Source of the DNA: Paragordius varius
Lineage: Eukaryota; Animalia; Nematomorpha
DNA length: 64,000 nucleotides
Direction: 5' to 3'
Assembly (NCBI GenBank): GCA_964247055.1
Contig: OZ176060.1
Span: 1,240,001 to 1,304,000, forward strand
The notes beneath the pieces were generated by a model. It searched no databases. It saw nothing but the letters and a program-made list of their open reading frames with translations, and had not been told where the DNA came from. A program made the translations under genes and the position numbers. Below, piece after piece: positions 1 to 12,013 of the stretch; the first letter of the stretch is position 1, and the number at the start of each line of letters is the position of its first letter.

Positions 1-11
1 CAGCTGATGGG
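1..11 (+). CDS. RPL5: 60S ribosomal protein L5 (uL18), tail of an upstream exon cut by the window edge (..TADG|GT)
   Basis: CA GCT GAT GGG followed by GTATTA donor. Phase 0 fits the next exon. A longer copy at 225-253 reads SQYIKHGITADG, matching RPL5 FSQYIK; this fragment could itself be an echo. Confidence 0.5.
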
Positions 12-164
12 GTATTAGTTTTTTTGGATTTAAAAGTTCTGATAAAAAGAAAGTTTATAAAAAGTTTAATAAGAATGTTCTAGAAAAGTTTATTAGGAAA
101 ATTTTGGGTAATTTGAAAAAGTTTAAGAGAGTTTTTAATGAACGTTTCAAGATCTCGTTTAAAG

Positions 165-660
165 TAATTAGCTGATGGTTACCATGACAACGCAGACAAC
201 AGTTGATTTAAGCGCTAAGCCAATACATTAAGCACGGAATCACAGCTGATGGGGTATTTAGTTTACTTAGAATTGAAAAGTTTTAAATAAGTTAATTAAA
301 GTTTTTAACAAAGTTTTAGAAATGTTTATTAAGAAAGTTTTAAAATTTTGATGTAGTAAAAGGTTTAGAATTAATCAGCTGATGGTTACCACGACAACGC
401 CGGTAACATTCGATTTGAGCGCCAAAGATGCATTAAGCTGGGGTTTGAGTTGATGTTGGGTTATTTTTTAGAGTTTTAAGTTCTCTAAGAAAGTTCGAGG
501 AAAAGTTAAGTAAAAAAGTTTTTAGTTTGAAATTAGTCAGCTGATGGTTACCATGGCAACGCAAACAACAGTAGATTTACGCGCCACATAACATTTAAAT
601 TTAATAAATAAAATTTTTATTTCAATAATTTATTTAGATTGAAACAATGTATAAGAAATT
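165..660 (+). repeat. RPL5 intronic echo units: exon tail (CAGCTGATGG) plus X-box-like motif x3, and an acceptor echo at about 630-658
   Basis: Degenerate copy of SQYIKHGITADG|GT at 225-255; TTTAG|ATTGAAACAATGTATAAGAAA duplicated about 195 nt before the real exon. Confidence 0.8.
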
Positions 661-831
661 TTATTTTATAACTTCACTTTTATATTTATAATTAAATTAT
701 ATATTAAATATATATAGAATTTTTAAGCACTTAAATATATATTTATAATTTAATAAATTAATATTACATTTAAATAAAAAATTTAAAAATTTAATAAATA
801 AAATTTTTATTTCAATTTTATTTCAATTTAG

Positions 832-926
832 ATTGAAACAATGTATAAGAAAGTTCATGAAGCGATCCGTGCTAATCCCGTCCATGAACCCAAACCTAAA
901 AAGAAATATACCAAGCCTGGCAAAAA
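832..926 (+). CDS. RPL5: 60S ribosomal protein L5, penultimate exon (IETMYKKVHEAIRANPVHEPKPKKKYTKPGK)
   Basis: TAG acceptor at 829-831 and GT donor at 927 (phase 2). Matches the uL18 C-terminal motif EEMYKKAHAAIRENP. Confidence 0.9.
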
Positions 927-1735
927 GTTTTTTAAATTATTTTTTTTTATTTAATAATATATATTTTTAATATTTAAATTAAATATAAAAATATTTTTTA
1001 ATATCAAGCAAAATGGTTTTAAAATATATCTATTTTAAAATGAATTTTTTTTTAATTAAAAATATTTTAAAAAAAGAAAATTGAAAATTTTTTTTTTTCA
1101 GGTTTAACATTTTATTTCAAATCGTTATTATATTTAATAAATATACTAAAAAGAAGTATAACAAGCCTGGGAAAACGTTAATTCTTTTTTAAATTTAAGT
1201 TTTTTATCTTAAAAAAATATATTTTTTTTTATTCAATATTGATTTAAAATATTTTTATATTTTTTAATATTTTTAAATTAGTATAATAATTATTTTAAAA
1301 TAAAAACAATTTTGGTGTTAAAAAATTTTAAACCTAATAAATTTTTTTCAATTTTTTTATATTAATAAAAATATTTAATTTTAAATATATTTATTTATTT
1401 AAATTAAATTTAAAAATCTTTTATTATTTAAATAATTTTTTTGTTAATTTTAAATAATATTTATGTTAGCCTGGAAAAAAGTTACTTTTTTTAAAATATA
1501 TATTTATTATTATTTATATTTTTAATAAGTTTGATAATTATTAATATTTTAAAAAAAATTAAACCTGAAAATGGTTTTTTTATAAACCTTTTAATTTCAA
1601 AATAAATTTAATATAAAATGTATATAATTATTTTAAAAAAATATGTTTTTTATTTAAAATGGGAAAAAGTTTTTTTTTCTAAATTTTATTTTTAAAAATA
1701 TATATATTTTAATTTTTTTTATTTTAATTTTAAAG

Positions 1736-1847
1736 GTATCAAAAAGTTAAGTTAACTTTGAAACAAAGGAAAGCGCGCGCAAAAGAAAAACTCGGAATTC
1801 TTAAACTCAAAGCTGGAATTGTTGAGGAATCTAAAATGGAAAATTAA
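1736..1847 (+). CDS. RPL5: 60S ribosomal protein L5, last coding exon (YQKVKLTLKQRKARAKEKLGILKLKAGIVEESKMEN*)
   Basis: AAG acceptor at 1733-1735, phase 2 in frame with the previous exon. Resembles the RPL5 tail KMSLAQKKDRV; TAA at 1845-1847. Confidence 0.85.
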
Positions 1848-3269
1848 TAAATAATTTTTTGGAAATTAAATAAATTTAATTAAATTTATTTCATTAATAA
1901 ATTAATAAATATTTATATATTGATAATTAATTGGAAATATATCAGATTAGCTGTTTTTTAAAAAAAAAATTATAAAAAATCTTAAATCAAAGCTGGAATT
2001 GTTGATGAATCCGAAATGGAAAATTAATAAATAATTTTTTGAAAATTTAATAAATAAATTAATTTTTGAAAATAATTAATAAATTTAAACATATATACAT
2101 ATGTAAATTATATCTGATCGGCTGTTTATCAAAAAAATTATTAATCATATTAAAGCTGCAATTGTTGGGGATTTTAAATTTGATTTTAATTAATAAATAA
2201 ATTTTCAAGAATTTGAAATATTTTATAATTTTATATAATAATTCTATTAAAAACATGGAAACACTGAGGATTAAAATAAAATTCTGAAAAATTAAAATTT
2301 TGAAAATATATTGTGATATAATCTATAATAATAATAAAATATCGAAAAAATCTGTAAAAATTATCCTTTGGGTAACTCTGACACAATCAGTCAAAAAAAC
2401 TAATCCATTACAATCAGATACCACAATACTAACTGTAACTTTCTAACCTGTCTGTCGATTATGAGAAGCGCTCACCTTTTTATATTATTTTTGTAAATTT
2501 TATAATTATTTTTATCCATTCAATAGAAATAAATATCTGTAGAAAGGTTTTTTTTTAGTTCGCGCGCCCTCTCGACCGTAGTAACGATTTTTTAAGCTTC
2601 GTCATTTATGTTCAAGGTTCCCACATCTTGATCCAGGCTCTAAGCGACATATCATATTTCGAGTAATAACATGATGATTTTCAATACCCTTGTAGGTGCC
2701 TGTTCGATGCCCTTGTATCCTCCTATAGGACATACATGAACTCATTATATTTTTCAAATTTTGTTTTAATTAATCTTATTTTCTTTTTTTTATTTTCTTT
2801 TATTTTAGTTAATCCATTGAAAAAGATACTCTCATGTATCGAAAATTTTGGATATAGTTTGAATTCAATAAATTTTACGAGAATACAAATTATTATTTTA
2901 ATCACCATCACATATGTAGACGGTTACTTACTGATTTACCCAGTTCCCAACGATAGATATTCCATGGACATTGTTTTGGTGGCTTATAAGCCAGCCACCT
3001 TAGAGTTTTGTCGGATTTGGGGCGGCCAGAAACCCCACACATGGCTATTCCCCCTTTGTCCTTGGCCGCCATATGAAAGACCGTAACATGTCTTTTCATA
3101 TTCTTTTCGTTTAAAAACCTAACTGCACAACCATCAACTGGACAGGATACTAAGGCGACTGTTTGTAAAGGTAAATTATTGATGACAGGGGTTAGGTCCT
3201 TCGATTTCCTTCCTGGATGCGCAAACTCTCGGGTATGTGAATATCTAAATATCTCGATAAAAAATCAAT

Positions 3270-4339
3270 AAAAATTGGCCGTTTTTCTTCGTCGTTTAAA
3301 AAGTGTTTTCGCGCCCTTTTTGCGAATCAGCTGATTTTTGATCCAGATCAGCTGATATTCTACCATCGTTTCTTATGTTCATCAAGACTAACACCCCCAG
3401 GCCCTAAGCTAATCAACAACAAAAGCCCGCCAACCACTGATTGGGTTTAGAAAAAAATCAATCGTATTTAAAATAAAAAAACAAACTCATTAATATAAAT
3501 CATGTGATTCAGAATTTTAAAACACAAAATTTATGAGAATTGACAATTTCAAGACAATAAAAAATCATAAAAATTAAAAGCTATATTCAGACAAACATCA
3601 AGAATTATCCTTTTTTTGTCATTTTTGGGGTATTCAGATCAGCGGATTTTAAACTTTTTAATCATTTTTTGGCAGATCAGCTGATTTCACCACCGTTTAA
3701 TCTCAAAATCCAACTATAGATTGGAAAAAATCAATAGTATTTTTTTCGAAATTTTTTTATAAAATGTTAAAATTTATTGATAATATTCATCATGAAATAA
3801 CCATAAAAATGATAAATTTTTCAATGTTAAAACATAAATTATAATTGAAATCATGTGAAAAAATTAAGCAAAAAGGAAAATAGGAAAAAATATTCAAATA
3901 TCGATAAAAATTCATCCATTTTTCTTCGTTAAAAAAGTATTTTCGCGCCATTTTTTGCGAATCAGCTGATTTTTGATCCAGATCAGCTGATATTCTACCA
4001 TCGTTTTTTGTGTTCATCCAGATTAACACCCCCAGGCCCTAAGCTAATTAACATTAAAAGCCCGCCAACCACTGATTGGGTTTAGAAAAAAATCAATCGT
4101 ATTTTTTAAAATTTCAATAAAAAATGTTAAAATTTATTGATATCATCATGAAATAATCATAAAAATGATAAAATTGATAAAAACAAAATATAATTGAAAT
4201 CATAGGAATAAGGTCAAGCAAATATTCAAAATTGTTAATAAAAAAATCAATAAAAATTGGCCATTTTTCTTCGGGTAAAAAGTATTTTCGCGCCATTTTT
4301 TGTGAATCAGCTGATTTTTGGTTCATATCAGCTGATATT
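3270..4339 (-). repeat. Two extra tandem copies of the SURF4 terminal about 105 coding nt, stop and 3' flank (coding copies 3360-3468 and 3995-4103)
   Basis: Both read [25 protein letters not shown] and share the downstream CAGCTG-containing flank. Confidence 0.9.
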
Positions 4340-4556
4340 CTACCATCTTTTCTTGTGTTCATCAAGACTAACACCCCCAGGCCCTAAGCTAATTAACATC
4401 AAAAGCCCGCCAACCACTGATTGGGTCTGGAAAAAATCGTATTTCATGAAATCACGTGTGTAACTGTCACGTGCTTGCCTCCACCAATCATTGACGTACA
4501 GGTTTAGGGCACTCAACCACGCCACAAGAATAAGGGCACTAAGACGAGTTTTGTAA
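4340..4556 (-). CDS. SURF4: SURF4 exon 5 ([11 protein letters not shown]...[37 protein letters not shown]), ending in a dilysine ER-retrieval motif
   Basis: Canonical SURF4 C-terminus KYDFFQT..GPGGVS.DE.KK.W. The five exons total 918 nt, in frame. Confidence 0.95.
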
Positions 4557-5186
4557 CTAAATTAATTAATAATAAAATAAAAAAAATGTCATTTTGATAT
4601 ATAAAGAATTGGCAAATTGTTAAAAAGTTTTTATAAGTTTTTCACATGTCAAACATTATGTTGTGAAAAAAATTTGTGCAACAAACACCAAACCACACAT
4701 ATTACAGATATATTTTATAAACCCATAAAAAAAGTTTGAAAATAAGCTAAAACAGCTGATTTGTATCAAATCTGGAACCAAGGAAAATATCCGCTATTAA
4801 CTGAACCATATCAAACATTATTATATTTATACTATAGATATTCAAACTTATATACAGAGTACAAACCCAAAGAGGCCTATTACCCTGATGGAGTTTAACG
4901 ATAACTCGGAAATGGGATCTTTTATAAAAAAAAAGTTGAGTATATCGAGAAACTTTAGTTGTGTAGGGGAACGGTACCTATGTCACAGGACTTTAAAAGA
5001 TAAGTTTTTTTTTAAAAAATACATAAATAACTAAATATATATATATCTGATCTAGAAAAGTTTATACATATATATATATATATATATATATTAATAATTT
5101 ACTCCTTTTGTTTTAACATAATCATACAGTCATTTTATTTTTATACCCTATTTTCTCCTTTCAAAAGAGGTGATTCCATCCGTTTC

Positions 5187-5187
<1 letters not shown>

Positions 5188-5236
<49 letters not shown>
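5188..5236. repeat. (TA)n microsatellite
   Basis: About 24 TA units; many shorter ones elsewhere. Confidence 0.9.
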
Positions 5237-5238
<2 letters not shown>

Positions 5239-5944
5239 AGAGAATCTATGTTTTTGAATAGTGTGATAGATTTTTATAAGTAAATTGAATATGTTTACAT
5301 TAAATCGTCTGCCTATTAATTATCGTCTGATTTTTTTTTTCTCTTCTTATGTATTCTTTTCTATAATTTTGTCATGTACTTAAAATTAATCTCACTTAAT
5401 ATCTATCAACTCAATTAACAACAAACTTTTTCTCATTATTATGCACATATTCAAAGACTATGTATGACATAATATGCATCCAAGATGTAATTACTGCAAA
5501 ATATTAAAAGAATTTAAAATATTCGTGCGTATCATCAAACAAAAACCATGCGGGAGTGGCTTTCTTAGTAAAATTGAATAAGCAGCTATATCTAATAAAA
5601 GATGTACAATAATCTAATATCAACAATATATGTGCCAGCTAAAACCTACAAACAACCTTTATTTCATTAAATTACTCCAAAAATTTATGCAATCGTTTTA
5701 TCGAATCGTAATATAAAATGATTCATTGTTGGAGACTTCAATATACGAATAAATACAAATAATGACACCCGGATGCCTTTCGGCCCATATATTAGCATTT
5801 TCAAAAACAATCAACACACGTTAATCTCTTACTCAACATTTGTTACGAATTTAACCTTAATATTTATTGAAAGGAAAATTTTTCTTAAATCTGGCACACT
5901 AATTATACAAGTACGATAGACCACTGTGTCTAATTAATCATAAA

Positions 5945-6497
5945 TATACCATTTACACTTCAAGAGTGTCCTTGAACAATTCAAGTTGGTCCTTGAACAA
6001 TTCAAGTTGGTCCTTGAACAATCCAAGTTGGTCCTTTAACTTTTTTGTTTTGTTTTTAACTTTTATCAATCAAATCGAAAATAATTCGTCTATTTTATTG
6101 TTTTTAACCTATTTTCTATTATTTAACATAAATTTTAAATCGACATTAAGTTTTAATCTTTGAGAAACCGTATATCTTTATTAATTTCTTAAAATAATTT
6201 TGGATATTTATAAGATTTTAGCACGAAATGAAAAAATATATAAGTTTTCAAGGTTATTAATAAAAAATTTTCATTAAAACCATTTAAAAGTGAAAAATTA
6301 ATTGAAAAAAAAATAGTTTGAAACAAAAAAAAGGTTTTTCAATAAATTTATTTTTATTTTTAAATAAATAAAGAAAATTAGGTTAATAAATAATTAAATA
6401 AACAAATAAATGCAAAAATTATGGTTAAATCAAAATTTATAAATTTTAAGGACCAACTTTAACTGTTCAAGGACACTCTTGAAGTGTAAATGTTATA
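5945..6497. mobile_element. Related foldback MITE (TATACCATTTACAC ends; 21-bp unit CTTGAACAATTCAAGTTGGTC)
   Basis: Inverted ends share the terminal 12 nt with the family above but carry a different subrepeat. Confidence 0.7.
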
Positions 6498-6756
6498 TAT
6501 GTCTCATGGATAAAACTAAAGCATCCATTGTAACACAAATTAAAATATCGGATTATGTCCATCTTTCCTTGTCATTAATACCTAATACAGCAGTTTGGAA
6601 GCAAACAGTCACATATATTAGGAAACTCTGCTGTTACAAAACCTACGAAATCCTATTTCAAATAAACAATATATTAAAAATTTTATAAACAAAATGAAGA
6701 ATGAAGAATATCAGAGAAATAGAAGATATAGAAGAACAAACTCACACTTTACAAAA

Positions 6757-7182
6757 TATACCATTTACCGTTCAAATTCACCCTTAAACAATTCAAATTC
6801 ACCCTCTAACAATTCAAATTTACCCTTGAACAATTCAAATTCACCCTCGAACAATTCAAATTCACCCTAAAAATAAATTATGTGTTTTCGAACTAATATA
6901 ACTCATTATTAATATAAAATATACCTTTATGGCATAATTAATTATTTTTTTCAGTATTATCTTAATTTAAAACAAAATTTTATTTTTTAAAAATATATTA
7001 AAATATAGGTAATTATTAATCTTAAAAACATGTTATTTATTTGAGGGTGAATTTGAATTGTTCAAGGGTGAATTTGAATTGTCCAAGGGTGAATTTGAAT
7101 TGTTCAAGGGTGAATTTGAATTGTTCGAGAAGGGTGAATTTGAATTGTTCGAGAAGGGTGAATTTGAACTGTAAATGGTATA
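6757..7182. mobile_element. Foldback MITE with TIRs TATACCATTTAC and 21-bp subterminal minisatellite (AACAATTCAAATTCACCCTTG)
   Basis: Long inverted arms; other copies at 8164-8763, 24180-24637 and 20705-20997, with right halves at about 9500-9641 and 34215-34273. Confidence 0.85.
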
Positions 7183-7398
7183 CTATAAACGACTGTGCTT
7201 CACACACCTGCTGATGGAAAAGATACCCAAAAAGAATGTATGGAAGAGCTGAAAACTCAATAAATTTAATGCAAACAATCTCAAACATAGCAATTGTTAT
7301 CATACCAACCGTAAATTATTACATCAGGTATCACGCGTCCCTTCGAAAGGATAAACGAGCATTTAGAGCTCGCTTCTGTAATCAAATCAACTTAAAAT

Positions 7399-7433
<35 letters not shown>

Positions 7434-8163
7434 CCCTAGGAGGGATATATAAAATGAGATCCGATATCTGACGACAAAACCTTTTACTGATAATAATTGT
7501 CTCACATACAAAAACTCAATATCAATAATATCAAGAAATTAATTCAACCAAAGATCTTCTACAATTATGGTACGAATTTTATAGTACATTATACGAATCA
7601 AATAAACCACAAGATAATACAAAAACCAATCACCCCAATTCTTTATGATATTTTTAAAAGGAAAAACTACAACATGGAATACATCGGTCATAATTAATAT
7701 CCCAAAACACAAAACAGCTAATAACTTTAACCAATTCCGCCCAATTACTCTAACTGACTAAACAGCTTTTACAAAAATATTTACATTCTATTTTACACAA
7801 GAGGATTAAAGCTTAACTAAAAAACATATTTATTTCACAATTCACATAACTGGGTTAAAGCGGCGTTTGCCCTTTAAAATAAGGCTCGAAAAAAAAACAA
7901 AAATTTACAAACAAGATAATAATCACTTTTTATTCATAGATTTTAAATCAGCCTTTAATATGGCATGCTCTGACAGCAGCCAAAGTTGACAAATTCTATA
8001 TTTTCAGGTAGGATATTACAATTAATCTACTATTATAATAGTCAAGCCATTCATTACAAAAATATATAATTCATAGTCAAAACCCTTCAAACTCAATGGA
8101 AGCACCAAACACAAGGGTGTATACGCTCCCCATTACTCTTTAACGTAGTTATATAAAATATAA

Positions 8164-8763
8164 TATACCATTTACAGTTCAAATTCACCCCCTTGAACAA
8201 TTCAAATTCACCCTCGAACAATTCAAATTCACCCTCGAACAATTCAAATTCACCCTTGAACAATTCAAATTCACCCTTAAACAGTTCAAATTCACCCTTA
8301 AACAATTCAAATTCACCCTCGAACAATTCAAATTCACCCTTAAACAATTCAAATTCACCCTTGAACAATTCAAATTCACCCTTGAACAATTCAAATTCAC
8401 CCTTCTCGAACAATTCAAATTCACCCTAAAAATAAATTATGTGTTTTCGAACAAATATAACTCATTATTAGTATAAAATATATCTTTATGGCATAATTAA
8501 TCATTTTTTTCAGTATTATTTTAATTTAAAACAAAATTTTAATATATTTTAAAAATATATTAAAATATAGGTAATTTTTAATCTTAAAAAACATGTTATT
8601 TATTTGAGGGTGAATTTGAATTGTTCAAGGGTGAATTTGAATTGTTCAAGGGTGAATTTGAATTGTTCGAGAAGGGTGAATTTGAATTGTTCGAGGGTGA
8701 ATTTAAATTGTTCGAGGGTGAATTTGAATTGTTTAAGGGTGAATTTGAATTGTAAATGGTATA
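8164..8763. mobile_element. Second copy of the 21-bp minisatellite foldback MITE, left arm expanded to about 12 units
   Basis: Same ends and same central about 170-bp spacer as 6757-7182. Confidence 0.85.
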
Positions 8764-8849
8764 CTAGTACTCCTACAAAAACAACTTAAGACAGACTCTT
8801 ATATGACATTTTCACAACTTATACTAGCATGAAGGGCTTAAGGATTACA

Positions 8850-9400
8850 ATGGAGAAAACTTAAATCATATCTTATTGTCACAACTGTGATATTATACAC
8901 CTTTCAAACAAATACAAGAAAAGAAATATTTAGGAGTTATCATATCTAAAGATATGGTAACACTAAAAATTTCGTGTGAAAAACAGAGTTAGATACTACA
9001 AGAAAGCTTGACTATAAATACAAAAAAAGATTTGGATTTCTAACTAAAGAAATATCCATTCAAAGATAGTTACAATTATTTAAAACACTTGTTTTCTCGT
9101 CAATCATATATTATTGCTTAGAAATATGGGACGACAAGCAATATATCATAGTAAAACCGTTCCAAGTGTTTGTCAACAATTCCCTCAGGAGGTATATGAT
9201 TAGAAAGAAAAGGAAGGAAATATCTAATAATAAAGTATGGAAACTTGCCAAACTGCCATCAATCCTGTAATTTATTCATAAAAGACGGATTGAGTTATTA
9301 GGGGGGGCACATTGAACGACACTCCCTAATAATCCACCAATTAGTATGAAACAATTAGAAATTTCCCAAAGGCTAACAATAAAAATACCAAAATACAATA
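8850..9400 (+). mobile_element. Decayed RTE-type non-LTR retrotransposon, RT C-terminal region
   Basis: Broken frames read KKYLGVII, LQLFKTLVFSSIIYYCLEIW and FVNNSLRRY..ISNNKVWK..RRIELLGGHIER, resembling RTE KYLG / LYG.E.W / ISN.ELW / RWLGH motifs. Confidence 0.65.
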
Positions 9401-10309
9401 TAGTAATCTTAAAAAAAACACCAAAATAGGCTGTTTAAAACAATCAATAAAAGCAATCACATCCATTCCATTTCCAGAAAAGTCCAAACAATTCAACTAA
9501 CGGATTTTTATTTTTTAAAAATATATTAAAATATAGGTAATTATTAATCTTAAAAAACATGTTATTTATTTGAGGGTGAATTTGAATTGTTCGGGGGTGA
9601 ATTTGAATTGTTTACGGGTGAATTTGAACTGTAAATGGTATAAAAGCAAATCACTATAAAAAATCAAATCAACGAGAATAAATGTAAAGCTGTTTATAAA
9701 GTTGGTGTTTTCACACCCTAAAATAATAATAATAAATTGTCCATCTTCAAAGCACAGGTTTCTTTTATTTTTTTCCCCCCCCTCTTTCTTTTCCTGAATA
9801 AACTAATCCATTAACTCTATTTTTTTTTAATGAAAAAGTTTTTTAAAAAATTTTTGACTTCTAATGTTAGAAATACAAAAAGTTTAGGGCACCCGACCAC
9901 CCCCCAAAGAATAAGGCGAGTTAGGTGTAAAACAGCTGATTCCGAAAAATCTTATGGAACATGTTAAGAATAAAATTGTAAAATCATAAAAAAAATAAAA
10001 CAGCTGATTTTGACTTTTAACGTTAGAAATTAAAAAGTTTAAAGCACTTCTCCGCCCCATAAAAATTCATAGGGCTAAGGTGTAAAACAGCTGATTTAAA
10101 AAAAATCATAAAAATTAATCTTTTTAAAACACCAGTGCCGAAACTCGAAAAAAAAGAAACTTTAACATTAATATATTTTTCTTGAAAACCCTGCCGGTTT
10201 TTTAATTTCAAAACAACAGGTAGTATATAAAAAGTGTTAAAAACGGTTAATATTAAACATTTATTTAGCATTTTGAGTTCAACAATTGATTCAAATGTTT
10301 TAAAAAAAC

Positions 10310-12013
10310 TGATACCATTTTTATTTGAGGTAAAAAATTTTTATTTTTTTGACTAAATTATAAAATTTTCGGAAAAATCGCATATATTATACATACATTT
10401 CAAAATCCAAATGAACTAAGAAATAAATCAGCTGTTTTTTCTAAAAAGCTCAATAAATCTTTAAAACTTTATTTAAAAACCAAAATCACCTGTTTTTACA
10501 AGATTTATTAAACCTTACCCAACGACTAGTACCATGAGAGCCGTTCCACCGCACACCATTAGGGCGGCAATCAGAACTTCAATATGGCTGCTCCCAGCTG
10601 ATGTGAACTCAGCTGATACTTAATTATATTTAAGGTAAAAATTTCATTTTTTTGATTAAATTATTAAAATTCTCCGAAAAAATTGCTCAAATCTAATATA
10701 CCTAAAAAACTCCCAAATATTTATTAATATCAGCTGTTTTTTAAAAATTTCAAAAGTTTTTAATCCAAAATTAACAATTTCTTCTTAAATCAGCTGTTTT
10801 ACAAGATTTATTAAAACTTTACCCTATAACGACTAGTACCATAAGAGCCGTCCCACCCCACAGCATTAGGGCGGCAATCAGAACTTCAATATGGCTGCTA
10901 CCGGCTGATTTTACTGCATCAGCTGATTTGACATTATTAAAGGTAAAAAATTTATTTTTTTGACAAAACTATTAGTTTATCCTCAAATCTAAAATATCTT
11001 TCCCAAAATTTTCAGTTGTTTTTCTAAAATCTCGAAAATATTTTATTCAAAATATATTCAATCAAAATCAGCTGTTTGAAAGAGATTTTTCAAATTTTAC
11101 AAAACCTTACCCAATAACGACTAGGACCATGAGAGCCGTCCCACCACACAACATTAGGGCGGCAATCAGAAATTCAATATGGCTGCTCCCAGCTGATTTG
11201 AAGTCAGCTGATACTTAATTATATTTAAGGTAAAAATTTCATTTTTTTGATTAAATTATTAAAATTCTCCGAAAAAATTGCTCAAATCTAATATACCTAA
11301 AAAACTCCCAAATATTTCTTAATATCAGCTGTTTTTTAAAAATTTCAAAAGTTTTTAATCCAAAATTAACAATTTCTTCATAAATCAGCTGTTTTACAAG
11401 ATTTATTAAAACTTTACCCTATAACGACTAGTACCATGAGAGCCGTCCCACCACACAACATTAGGGCGGCAATCAAAACTTCAATATGGCTGCTCCCAGC
11501 TGATTTGAACTCAGCTGATACTTAATTATATTTAAGGTAAAAATTTCATTTTTTTGATTAAATTATTAAAATTCTCCGAAAAAATTGCTCAAATCTAATA
11601 TACCTAAAAAACTCCCAAATATTTCTTAATATCAGCTGTTTTTTAAAAATTTCAAAAGTTTTTAATCCAAAATTAACAATTTTTTCATAAATCAGCTGTT
11701 TTTACAGGATTTAAAACTTTACCCAATAACGACTAGGACCATGAGAGCCGTTCCACCGCACAACATTAGAGCGGCAATCAAAACTTCAATATGGCTGCTG
11801 CCAACAGCTGATTTTACTGCATCAGCTGATTTGTCATTATTAAAGGTAAAAAATTTATTTTTTTGACAAAACTATTAGTTTATCCTCAAATCTAAAATAT
11901 CTTTCCCAAAATTTTCAGCTGTTTTTCTAAAATCTCGAAAATATTTTATTCAAAATATATTCAATCAAAATCAGCTGTTTGAAAGAGATTTTTCAAATTT
12001 TACAAAACCTTAC
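10310..12013 (-). repeat. Five about 300-bp tandem echoes of the SURF4 exon-4 3' end plus donor (about 10515, 10815, 11105, 11413, 11710)
   Basis: Each has SSHIEVLIAALM..GTALMVLVV(I)G|GTAA; two spacer types in the order X-Y-Y-X-Y-Y'. Confidence 0.92.

Noticed and set aside
3790-4374. ORFs 3790-4029 and 4114-4374 as independent paralogous genes
   Set aside because: They are alternative-frame readings of the duplicated SURF4 tail and its 3' flank.
6479-7810. Short ORFs 6479-6688, 7236-7439 and 7497-7697
   Set aside because: Possibly LINE debris, but no motif is recognisable; most remaining 60-100 aa AT-rich ORFs in the track look like noise.
8093-8789. ORFs with (FKGEFEL)n, (NNSNSPL)n and (RVNLNCS)n repeats; also at 7037-7303 and 24108-24407
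   Set aside because: They are translations of the 21-bp minisatellite in MITE arms, open in several frames because the unit is stop-free and a multiple of 3.
10310-12013. CRISPR-like look of regularly spaced conserved blocks
   Set aside because: The spacers are homologous to each other, the conserved block is a copy of the adjacent exon, there are no cas genes, and the context is eukaryotic.
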